A stretch of 63,933 nucleotides of DNA, filler included, from Octopus bimaculoides (Eukaryota): NCBI RefSeq assembly GCF_001194135.2. It is 3 parts of 3 records of this genome, joined end to end, with 100 filler letters (N's around TTAATTAATTAA, not from the genome) between each part and the next. Parts side by side here need not be neighbours in the genome. Positions count along the whole stretch, not along the records: positions 31,633 to 54,933 come from NC_069003.1; positions 55,034 to 63,933 come from NC_068987.1; 1 more part is not named here. The stretch is one strand, 5' to 3'. A model generated the notes under the pieces. It was given only the letters and a program-made list of their open reading frames with translations. It was not told the origin of the DNA and made no database searches. Positions within the stretch are counted from its first letter, which is position 1, and the number at the start of each line of letters is the position of its first letter. Of this stretch, positions 54,160 to 63,933 are shown piece by piece. The position numbers were made by a program, and so were the translations under genes.

Positions 54160-54475
54160 CGGGCTTTTTTTCAGTTTCCGACTACCAACTCCATTCACAA
54201 GGCTTTTGTCGGCCCGATGCTATAGCGTAAAACACTTGCCTAAAGTGTTACGCAGTGGTACTGAACCTTGAACCATGTGGTTGGGAATCAAGGTTCCTAC
54301 CATACAGCCACATCACAGGTTTCTTTCAGTTTCCGTCTACCAAATCCACTCACAGGGCTTTTGTCTGCTCGAGGCTATAGTCGAAGACACTCGCCCAAGG
54401 TGCCAAGCAGTGGGACTGAATCCGGAATCATGTGGTTGGGAAGTAAGTTTCTCACTAGACAGCCGCTCATGCGCT
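53917..54475 (-). mobile_element. SINE family A with a tandemly duplicated 5' half
   Basis: Two successive TTTCAGTTTCCG..TACCAA.TCCA.TCACA...GAACC/GAATC.TGTGGTTGGGAA segments. Confidence 0.8.
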
Positions 54476-55344
54476 TTCGTATACGAAATAAACGCAATTC
54501 TATCACGACTTCAAGTGCTTTGTACAGCGCTTGTGCAGAAGTGGGTTGTATGCCTGCCATTTGGCATCTGTCTTTTTGGTGCCCTATTCACTGTCGTTCG
54601 CAGCGTGTATTTTTTGGAAACCACTTTACGAATACGGTGAGTTTCGAAAATAACTTCTGATACTTTTTCTTCGTTTCCTTAATTTTTCACTTTCGTTTTT
54701 TTCAGTCACTGTCATCAATAATTAAATCTTTCATTTCAGGATAATTTTTCTGATTTCATCAATGACTTTTCGCTAATATTTGCATTTGCATTTAGAATTC
54801 ATTGATTTCTGTCTTTATGAATGGTCTCATTAAACACGCACTCTCTCAGACACACACACACACACACACACACACACGTACACACACACGCATGCATATA
54901 TATATGTATATATATGTATATATATATATATATNNNNNNNNNNNNNNNNNNNNNNNNNNNNNNNNNNNNNNNNNNNNTTAATTAATTAANNNNNNNNNNN
55001 NNNNNNNNNNNNNNNNNNNNNNNNNNNNNNNNNTCTTCTAGTATCTGAAGCCTCGGGAAATGCTCATCAAAAGAACAAGACAAGCGTTCCAAAATTATGT
55101 TTCTCGACATTTTTCAAATGTCAAGAAGGAAATTTTTGTATTTTGCTAGGGCCGAAACTGCTCCTGGGGGCCAATTCCCTCCCTTGAAAATACACAAAAA
55201 TGAAGCCTAGGTGCTTCGCAACAAAAATATTTAAAAATTCCAACAAAATGTGGACAATAAAAGGTCAAATAAACGTTTACCTCTGCAGCCGATGTGACAG
55301 CACGTCCGTGAGAAGAGATAGATAGATAGATAGATAGATAGATA

Positions 55345-55660
55345 TTAAAGAATTATGTATGTTCCATTGGAGGTGCAATGCCGGTGTGCATGTATAACAA
55401 AATATGTGTTGAGAGAAGAATTTGGTGTATGAGGAATCAGATGTGGTGTGCAAGAAAGAAGACTGGGCTAGTATGGTTATATGATGCATATGGATGAGAA
55501 CTGCTGCATAAAAAAAATATCGATCACTAAATGTAGAGGGAACTTGTGGAAAAGGGGAGCCTAAGAGACATGGGATGAAATAATGAAGGCAGATCTGAAG
55601 ATGTCAAGCCTCATAAAGGAGGCAACAAAGAACGGTGGTGGGCGATTCACTGTGCTCAGG
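55345..55660 (+). mobile_element. Decayed RTE-type LINE 3' coding fragment
   Basis: Reads GIRCGVQERRLG*YGYMMHMDENCCIKK...NVEGTCGKG.PKRTWDE across frameshifts, matching the RTE R-RRLRW-GHV-RM...G-R--GRP---W motif. Confidence 0.7.
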
Positions 55661-56639
55661 AAGACCCATTGATCTCAACAAAAGTGAGGTCCTAAAAGCA
55701 TTCAGTTCATATCCCCATCAAGCCTTCCAACTCTCATCTTTCTAACACCTTTCTCCCTCCTCTTCTATGGCCCTATTCAACTACTGAAATCATGAGAGAA
55801 GAATCCACACATATTTCATCCCCACTTAGTACTACCAGTTACCTTTCCCCTCTCCCTGGAACCACTTCCCTTGAAAATCCACCCTTCATTCCTCAATATC
55901 ATTCCTTCCTACTTTATTTTGAACCACTAACCACTTTCTGTGCTTTCAGTTATCTCTCCCTCTCCATTAAGCTACATCACAGGATTGCCATATCTCAAGT
56001 TGAACACTGTTTTATCTGTTACCATTCTTATCAACCTGTCATGTTTGCCATTGACAGCTTCACCCTCACTGTTGTCCCCCACTTGCTATAAACACCCCTA
56101 TGTACCACTGGCAACCATCTGTCACCACACATCTCTCTCCCACGACTTCCCCACCCCACACATCATCTCTTTATTTTTTTCATCTATCTCCAGGTTTATT
56201 ATAATGGTGTGCTCCACCCTTCCTGTATTGTTACACATAATTTTCTATTTGTTTCACCTTTCACCCCAACACTTGACATTCACCAACAACACCTCCATCT
56301 TGTTCCATTAACTGCATGCACTGTTACATCCATCTCTAACCATCTATCACTCTCCACTCACACTTTATTCTGAACTTATCCACCACCCTTTCTAATCCTT
56401 TGCTTGTATTTTTTCTTATACTCACCTTCTTGCATCTTGAGAGTATGCTAACATTTCGTCACCATTATCAATATCTTCTTTCCAGTGACTACAACCCACC
56501 CTTATATAATGCAGTACAGTGATGTATCTCTTCTATAGCAAGACCTATGTGCCTGTCCTTCTATTATAGTTTTACCCCTCAAGACCTGGCATAAAGCCAC
56601 TTCCTTGAATACTTATAACCACACTCAGTTGTCTTTTTT

Positions 56640-56832
56640 TCTGTCATGTGAGTTACCTCATGACCTCACAAGTGCCAATGTCATGAAAAAGCACCCAGTA
56701 CATACTGTTGGCATTAGGAAGGGCATCTGCCATAGAAACCATGCCAAAAAAGATAGTCCTCCAGATCATGGGATCCTGTCAAGCTATTTAACCTATGCCA
56801 GCATGAGGGACATTAAATGATGATGATGATGT
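56640..56832 (+). mobile_element. SINE/RTE-tail repeat ending in (GAT)n
   Basis: GTTGGCATTAGGAAGGGCATC...CCTATGCCAGCATGAGGGACATTAAATGATGATGATG; a second degenerate copy follows to ~57060. Confidence 0.55.
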
Positions 56833-57227
56833 ATGTGTGTGTATACATATATACAATGTACAGGTATGGGTGTGAATGTTCACATTCCATGAACTTTGCA
56901 AGAAAAAACCCACCAGCAATAAGCACTGAAGCTTTTCGTTATTTGCCTGTGAAAAACTTGTTTGTTGGCACTCCACTTTTGAAAATATGTGGAATAACTG
57001 ATCCCAAACTTGAAAAACGGTAAAGATAAGTGAGTGATAGGAAGGGCATCCAGATGTAAAGCAATTCTTCAATTATATATATATTCATCTAAGCCATGCA
57101 AACATAGAAAATCAGGCATCAAAAATGAATAAACAATATATATGTGTATATAGAGCAATAAATCTATTTTCCAACAATGTTTTATAACAAAATATCTCAA
57201 TATAAAAACTAATCATGATAAATTATT

Positions 57228-58694
57228 TTATGACACAGCATCAGAAGTACTTTCATTTGGACATGGCTTGATCACTGTGTGTACTACTTTATGCTTAGCC
57301 AACTGGCTGGAATGAGAAAATGTTTCAGCACAAATATTACACTGATATGGTTTTTCTCCTGTGTGAATACGAATGTGCTTTGATAAATTTCCACTTAGAG
57401 AGAAAGACCTACCACAAATATCACACTGATATGGTCTGTCTCCAGTATGAATATGAATATGATTAGATAAATGACTGCTACAAGAAAATGTTTTGCCACA
57501 GACATCACAATGGTATGGCTTTTCCCCTGTGTGAATGCGCTGGTGACGCGATAGATCACTACTTCCAGAGAAGGCTTTATCACAGATATCGCAGTGGTAT
57601 GGCTTTTCTCCAGTGTGGATGCGAATATGTTTAGATAAATGACTACTACAAGAAAATGTTCTACTGCAAATATCACAATGGTATGGTCTTTCACCTGTAT
57701 GGATACGTTGGTGGCGAGACAAACTACTACTTCCAGAAAATGTTTTGCCACAAGTTTCACAGTTGTAGGGTTTCTCTCCAGTGTGAATGTATTTATGGAT
57801 TGATAAATTATTACGTTGAGAAAATGCTTTACCACAAATATCACAACAGTATGGCTTCAGATCTGTATGAATACGTTTGTGCTTAGATAAACTACTACAA
57901 CAAGAAAAAGTTTTAAAACAGGTATCACAACTATATGGTTTCTTGTCTCTGTTATTACATTTGTGACTCAAAAAATTACTGTTGTTAGAAAACGTTTTAC
58001 CACAGTCATTACATTGGTACGGTTTCTCTCTCAAGTGAATACGCTTATGGCTGGATAAAATACTACTGCGAGATACTGCTTTACCACAGATATCACAGCG
58101 ATATGGTTTCTCTCCAGTGTGAACACGTTTGTGGCGTGATAAATCACTGTTACCGGAAAATGTTTTACCACAAATATCACAGTGATATGGTTTCTCCCCT
58201 GCATGAATACGTAGGTGAGTTGATAAATAACCACTCTGAGAGAAAGATTTACCACATATATCACAGTGATATGGTCTTTCTCCTGTATGAACACGCTTGT
58301 GACAAGTTAAATCGCTATTTACAGAAAAGGATTTACCACAGACATCACACTTGTACGGTTTTTCTCCAGTATGTATTCGTTTATGATTTGACAAATGTCC
58401 ACTCTGAGCGAAAGCTTTACCACAAATATCACAATGGTATGGTCTTTCGCCTGTGTGAATACGTTTGTGATAAGATAAAGATCTATTTGTAGTAAAGTTT
58501 TTGTCACAAATTTCACAATGAAAACGTTTTGAACTTCTGTGCATTACTTTATGTTGAATTAAATGATTTCTTGCTTTGAAAGATTTTCCACAAACACTAC
58601 AAGGATATAATTTATTCTCTGTATCTTCCTGTTTCTGGTGAGCAGCACCATTATTTTCACCTTCAACTTGACTCTCAAACAGCTTTTCCTCCAT
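57228..58694 (-). CDS. Tandem C2H2 (Kruppel-type) zinc-finger protein, 488 aa, 16 fingers (15 canonical, finger 8 degenerate), single coding exon, no recognisable KRAB/BTB/SCAN domain
   Basis: Uninterrupted ORF with 28-aa periodic C-x2-C-x12-H-x3-H units and TGEKPY/TGERPY linkers from C32 to H472. Start codon in strong ACCATGG context with an in-frame TAA upstream (58755-58757). Confidence 0.95.
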   Translation of the reverse strand: MEEKLFESQVEGENNGAAHQKQEDTENKLYPCSVCGKSFKARNHLIQHKVMHRSSKRFHCEICDKNFTTNRSLSYHKRIHTGERPYHCDICGKAFAQSGHLSNHKRIHTGEKPYKCDVCGKSFSVNSDLTCHKRVHTGERPYHCDICGKSFSQSGYLSTHLRIHAGEKPYHCDICGKTFSGNSDLSRHKRVHTGEKPYRCDICGKAVSRSSILSSHKRIHLREKPYQCNDCGKTFSNNSNFLSHKCNNRDKKPYSCDTCFKTFSCCSSLSKHKRIHTDLKPYCCDICGKAFSQRNNLSIHKYIHTGEKPYNCETCGKTFSGSSSLSRHQRIHTGERPYHCDICSRTFSCSSHLSKHIRIHTGEKPYHCDICDKAFSGSSDLSRHQRIHTGEKPYHCDVCGKTFSCSSHLSNHIHIHTGDRPYQCDICGRSFSLSGNLSKHIRIHTGEKPYQCNICAETFSHSSQLAKHKVVHTVIKPCPNESTSDAVS

Positions 58695-59107
58695 GGTATC
58701 TTGTAAAAGTACAGCTGTTTCCTTGTTTTTATATAATTTATAGGAACTATTTCTTTATTTGTTATAAGGATTTTCCTCAATAGTCAAAGTCTGACACTAT
58801 TTCAGATATAAAGATAACATTTCCAAGAGTTAATCTTCCTTCAGCTCTCAAAAAATATCCAGTTAGAAGCAACATTACACATTAGTGTATCATAGTAGTT
58901 TCCTGCTGTAATTTCTACACATAATTACCCAGTAAATATACTTCCATTTGTTCAAATTTTTGTAATTAATCTCAATTCAGTGAAAATACTTCACAGTAAT
59001 TTAAGGTTATAAACATGTGTTCTTGATAATGTCATTCTTCATCCTTGAAATCTTACATCTTCATATGTTTTGGGTGATAAATTCTCATCTCGAAGTAATC
59101 AGATTCC

Positions 59108-59135
59108 CTGCAACAGATATGTGAAAATTCAAGTT
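59108..59135 (-). other. Candidate 3' splice acceptor of a 5'-UTR intron of the ZNF gene
   Basis: Minus strand reads TTTTCACATATCTGTTGCAG|GGAATC, a pyrimidine-rich tract ending in CAG about 410 bp upstream of the ATG. No transcript evidence. Confidence 0.35.
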
Positions 59136-59239
59136 TTAATACTAAAAGTTACATAAGAGAAAGGACTTGTTCTAAGAAACTGAAAGTCAAAATGACAAGA
59201 AGAGAGTGAAACTAACACATAGTTTTTCCCAGGCTTTCT

Positions 59240-59535
59240 TTGGTTGTCTGCTGCAAACTAGAGTTCTCAATTATGTTACCTGAGAAAGACTAGAAGAAAA
59301 AGCAACCTGACAGTGATCTGGTTAGATCTGGCCAATGCATATAGCACAAAACCTCATACATGCAACCCTACGCTGCTCCCATATCTCCCTGCACATCACT
59401 GGAATGATAACCAGCTACTTTTGAGGCATCCAGTTTCATTTCAAAACATCCCACTTAACTACTTCATGGTAAGATGGCATGAAATAAATCGTAACTGGCT
59501 GCACAATTTCTCCCATTCTCTTCATCATATGTCCT
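59240..59535 (+). mobile_element. Decayed RT fragment of an R2-superfamily (Hero-like) non-LTR retrotransposon
   Basis: NLTVIWLDLANAY (59319-59342 for WLDLANAY) and, after a frameshift, IVTGCTISPILF (59488-59523). Confidence 0.7.
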
Positions 59536-61176
59536 GATACTGAGTGATAATCCTTCGTTTCCGATCGTCCAAGAAAACGTCTGGCCAGGTGAAAATATGC
59601 CTCATCGAAAAGTAAACGTTAAAATGATGATAATTTCTAACCCTGTTAACACTATTCGATATTGTTGAATTAAGACAAACTAATGGGAGTTCTTAAGCAA
59701 CCTTTTAATTACTCGGCAGCAGAATTTTTGCGTATGCATCGCCGAAACTAGTAGTTATGATTGCCGTAAAGCAGCAAAATCTGTAGACCACTTCCTATTC
59801 TCACAAAAAACTCTATCAACATAGGTGTTTAAAGGGATGAATTTTATTACTTTAGTCAAAAAACAGAATTGAACAGCGATCGACATATTTGTTAGTTATT
59901 GTAATTTACTTATATTGTAAATTTTGTGAAAATCGTTTAGAAACATTTAAATAATTCTTTTCTTTTTTTTTTTACCAAAATTATCTTGTAATTAAATTTT
60001 TTCATGTGATATCACCACACCTTTTTTATCCCCCTCGAATTCCTAGCACTCCTACTAATTCCTCAAATATATGTGGCCAGCAGTCTTAACTTAAACTAAC
60101 CTGTAACAACTCTACTTGCCAATTTTGAAAATAATTTCCAGCTAGTAGCAGACTGCAAGCAGTGAAATGCTTTTATCGTGCCTTGGTTTGATGCTTAAAC
60201 AAATAAAGATCAAAATAAAATTGACAACGGACTGTATTGCAACTCACATATCAGTCCGTAAACATGGTTACGTGGCTACACACACACACAGATGTACTAA
60301 TATTTGTTAATTTTACTGTGTCCATAATTTACATCCCATTATTATACTTATTTATACTTCAAACAGAATAACAGTTCACAAAATCTCTTCTCCCATCCCG
60401 CACAAAACTATCAAATGTCAATTTTATTGAATGTTTGGAAATGTAGTCATTATTTTTAATAAAAACCCTGGAAGATTACTGATTTGTCATAAAGATTTTA
60501 TTTCACCATCACATCATATGTGATATGGAAGTTAGTTATCTATAGTTTTCTTAATTGAACAATGTTTTTTTTATAATAATGTCATTCAAGCACCTCATAC
60601 GCTAACAGTTTATAATCAATGCCATTATTTCAATTAGAAACTAGTATTTTTTTTTAAATGTCTATAAAGGAAAAAACACCGGAAACTGTAATTTTTAATT
60701 TTCTTTAAGGAAAAATCCCGTTGGAATTATGCATAGAGATGTCGTTTCTAGGAGACAGTCCTTATGATGTGACATAATTCCCTGTCCTGACTTCTAGAAA
60801 GAAAAGAAACAATTTGAAAGGTGGAGTTCAAAATGACAAACATTCGGTGGTTTTCACGGGAAAACAACAAACTTTCAACAATTAAGATCTTAACAAGTAT
60901 TGTTAATGTGCTATCTGACATTCTGTTAAAATAAATAATTAAGATACCTCATGGAGCAAACCAGAAGAAAGATTTAAGTCTGGAAAATAATAGATCATTC
61001 CCAATAAGAACTGACAAAAACACTTACGATTTGGAAAATGTGCAGAATTACGGCGTATTTTGAAGAAACATGGAATGTATAAAAATAAAATAGGTTACTT
61101 GAAATGCGGAAACGAAATTTTTTTACTTCCGTGAGTAAAATGCTTGCGTCTGAGAAGTACTTACAGGGGTGTCGTT

Positions 61177-61985
61177 ATGGAAAACAATAACGTAAATACG
61201 AGAAATAAAGAGATCAACTTGTTACGATTAATCGGTGATACAGGTAATTTGGGAATTACATGTACTTGTAATTACTGCTGTAGTGGCGAACATAAGATCA
61301 AGTTCGTTCTTCAACAATAGAATCTAAATTTCTTAAAATTAGTGATATTCATTTATAGCTCGAGTAAAGATATAAAATTGGGTAAATTTTCAGATTAACA
61401 CCTGCACGATCTTCAATAGGGGGTTAGGGTTTTAGGGTTAGGGTTTAGGGACGGAATTCCTTAACCCTAACCCTAAACCCTAACCCTGACCCTAAAATCC
61501 TAACCCTAACACCCTAGTGAAAATCGTGCGGGTGTTAATCTGAAAATTTACCTAAAATTGAAGGGTACTGCTACAAAATGCAAGCTTACCACTGGAAAGA
61601 CTAAGTAAGGGATTGCACTCAGTTTTGCCGAGATAGGTGTATTCATTGCTTTAAAGAACATACCTCTAAAAGGAAATATAGTTGAGATAGAAAGGAATGC
61701 ACAAGTAGTAGATGTTTTGTAGACATAATTTAACTCAGGAACACACTGTATCCGATGTGGTGTGCGGACAATTGTATTGATAAAATAGGCGGCAGCATTT
61801 TTGAACATTTGGTTGTTAGATAGAGTAAGAAATTCGATGACTCAGATGATGAGAGTCATACACAGAATATTGGATGTTTGTGGAATCTCATGAAAAGAAA
61901 ATTTTAAAGAATGTGTTGTACTCAAGACGATATGTTTCAGTCATTTCATTTTGATTGTAGCTAGACGAAATAAAGCGAGTCAGGA
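61177..61985 (+). pseudogene. Decayed Merlin/IS1595 (ISXO2-like) transposase
   Basis: Fragments RSSSFF..NLNFLKLVIFIYS, QFCRDRCIHCFKEH, KGNIVEIE, and HTQNIGCLWNLMKRK (61857-61901) in the expected order; interrupted by a MITE. Confidence 0.7.
61381..61552. mobile_element. 172-bp palindromic MITE (Merlin-like) carrying head-to-head telomeric repeats
   Basis: Arms begin GGTAAATTTTCAGATTAACACC and end GGTGTTAATCTGAAAATTTACC; perfect 8-bp TSD TAAAATTG at 61373-61380 and 61553-61560. Confidence 0.85.
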
Positions 61986-63134
61986 AATTGCATCTTTTTC
62001 AAGTTTATGTTAACTCTTAATCATCAAAGATTTCTTAATGTTTTAATGAAATACTTCTAAGTTATCCAAATGTTTTTGTATCTTTTTTTTCTCGTAATAA
62101 ACATGTTTTTTTTTTAAATGAAAGTATTGCGGTTTTTTTATTTTTTATTTTCTTCCATCGTAATACACATGCTTTTAAAATGAAAGTAGATTTTCGTTTC
62201 GGTACTTCATGAAACCCATGTTATTTTTATACACTATCCAGTACTTGGAAATTACACTACGTTTAGTATTTTCATTCACTATTATAATTGTATTGAACTG
62301 GGGAAATATCTCCAGCTTCATCATTTACATAACTTCAATGATCCAACAACAAATATTTCTTAATATAGATCAAATATATACAGGAACACCAGCCTCACTC
62401 TCGTATAATATCTACTTACATTTGTACTTTTAAACTAATTTTCGTAGATGCCGTTGATTAGTGTTCTTATTGGTTGAATGATTCTACTTAAGTACGACAG
62501 TGTATGTTGTGTGAGTGTGTGTGTGCGTGTGTGTGTGTGCGCGCGTGTGTGTGACTGCATCATCGACCTGACTATTGGATGTTATACATCAATGGTCATA
62601 ATGCGTTGCCAATTCTTTCTTGATTTCGCCCTTCTTTTCTATCCTGGGCCAAATCGTCTTCCCATCGTCGTGGAAGCTTTCCAAACGACCTTTTGCAATC
62701 TTTTGGATACCACTCGGCAAGTGCGCCAAAAATGAAATTGCTGTTAGATCCGGTTCCATAAGAATTCTTGAATGGTCAGGTTTATCGATGACGTTGTTAA
62801 TACTTGGGCGAATAGCGATTGTGTTCTTTAGATTGTTTTTGCAATTTTTGCATCGGATATAGTAATCCGGGTTTGATTTCCAAGTTTTGCAAGTGCATGT
62901 TTCAAAAAACTATGGAAGTCTAGATAGACACTGCTTTGATAGAGAACTACAATGCCAGTAGCAGGAATATTTAACAATTACAAAACTTAGAAATCAAACC
63001 CGGTTCACTATATTTCATGCACGAAAAAAGAATACAATCGCGATTCGCTCAAATATTACCAACGTCATCAAAGTATCCGACGAATTAAGATTACTTGAGG
63101 AACCGGATCTAATAACAATTTCCTCTTTGACGCG

Positions 63135-63347
63135 CTTCAAATTTTGGTACAAGGCCAGCAATTTTAAGGGAGGGGTAAACCGATCACATTGACCCACATG
63201 TTCAACTGGCACTTATTTTATCAACTACGAAAGGATGAAAGGCAAAGTTGGCATCGGCAGAATTTGAACTCAAAACGTAAAGACGGATGAAATGGTACTA
63301 AACATTTTGCCCAGCGTGCTAACGATTCTGCCAACTCGCTGCCTTAA
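63135..63347 (-). mobile_element. SINE family B
   Basis: CAAAATTTTGGTACAAGGCCAGC...GGATGAAAGGCAAAGT...CCAACTCGCTGCCTT. Confidence 0.85.
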
Positions 63348-63884
63348 GCATCATTATATATTCAATGCTTCAGCCGCAAGGCAGCAGATGACAGCAGCGG
63401 ACTAACAAGCAGGCTAGAACGATGTCACAATACCAAAACAATGGACGACGAGATTGCAACACATGCTAACCAGTTTACTCCAAGAAACGCAGTGAAGACT
63501 ATCTGATCCAACAACATCCCATATAAACTTATAGTAGAAATGTTGGTTATATATCATTAGACGTATACCTGACTTTCCTACTATAATTTTAAAGAATATA
63601 GACGGAACGCTGAACTCCAAACTATCAACTTAAACAACACTTTATTCAGGTGGTAAATATATACATCTTTAGTTCTTGTTGTTACAGCTTCTGTTGTTGG
63701 GACGTTGTTATGTAGGTGTGAGCGAGCTGTCGAGCGTAAGTCCGAAAGATGTAGAGAGACAGCTTAACATGTAAAGAGGCTGTCTCCAGAGTTCGAATGT
63801 TAGAGACACTCTTGACACGTCCATTGCTCTATGCTGGCCAGCAAGAAAGAGAATGAATTGAGCGGGAACGCTTGCTTGTTTAAT

Positions 63885-63933
63885 TCCACGCATGCGTGAG
63901 ACTACGCATGCGCACGGCGTTACTACAAACTTC
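63885..63933. promoter_or_regulatory. Candidate housekeeping-type promoter motifs (two NRF1-like CGCATGCG palindromes plus ACTACA)
   Basis: CACGCATGCGTG (63887-63898), TACGCATGCGCA (63903-63914) and ACTACA (63922-63927) in a CpG-rich patch. The window ends here. Confidence 0.4.

Noticed and set aside
55700-56560. Pyrimidine-rich complex sequence with short ORFs downstream of the ZNF gene
   Set aside because: Looks like an old repeat, but I could not recover any diagnostic motif in six frames.
57395-58516. Overlapping alternative-frame and antisense ORFs within the ZNF gene
   Set aside because: By-products of the periodic zinc-finger codon pattern.
61418-61512. Chromosome end-to-end fusion site
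   Set aside because: The telomeric arms are short, embedded in longer non-telomeric inverted arms and bounded by a perfect 8-bp TSD, which indicates a transposon insertion.

Overview
AT-rich eukaryotic genomic DNA from a gappy short-read assembly. The SINE families, microsatellite load and zinc-finger style point to an octopod cephalopod (Octopus-like); this is an inference, not a database result. The only well-supported protein-coding gene is a single-exon, 488-aa tandem C2H2 zinc-finger gene on the minus strand (57228-58694, 16 fingers, finger 8 degenerate). A candidate promoter lies at the far right end. The rest is a mosaic of repeats: at least four tRNA-derived SINE families (about 30 copies or fragments), a decayed Penelope-like element (RT plus GIY-YIG), a DD37D Tc1/mariner remnant, hAT transposase and hAT MITEs, Tigger-like and mariner MITEs, a decayed Merlin transposase, CR1/L2, RTE and Hero-like LINE fragments, microsatellites and N gaps. 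Nearly all other ORFs in the track are microsatellite or N-gap artefacts. The two best leads are (i) several minimal hammerhead-ribozyme-like motifs, one inside the Penelope-like element, and (ii) a 172-bp palindromic MITE with head-to-head TTAGGG/CCCTAA repeats and a perfect 8-bp TSD, nested in the Merlin transposase upstream of the ZNF gene. I found no evidence of a wholly new multi-gene system. Repeat boundaries are approximate unless TIRs or TSDs are quoted.
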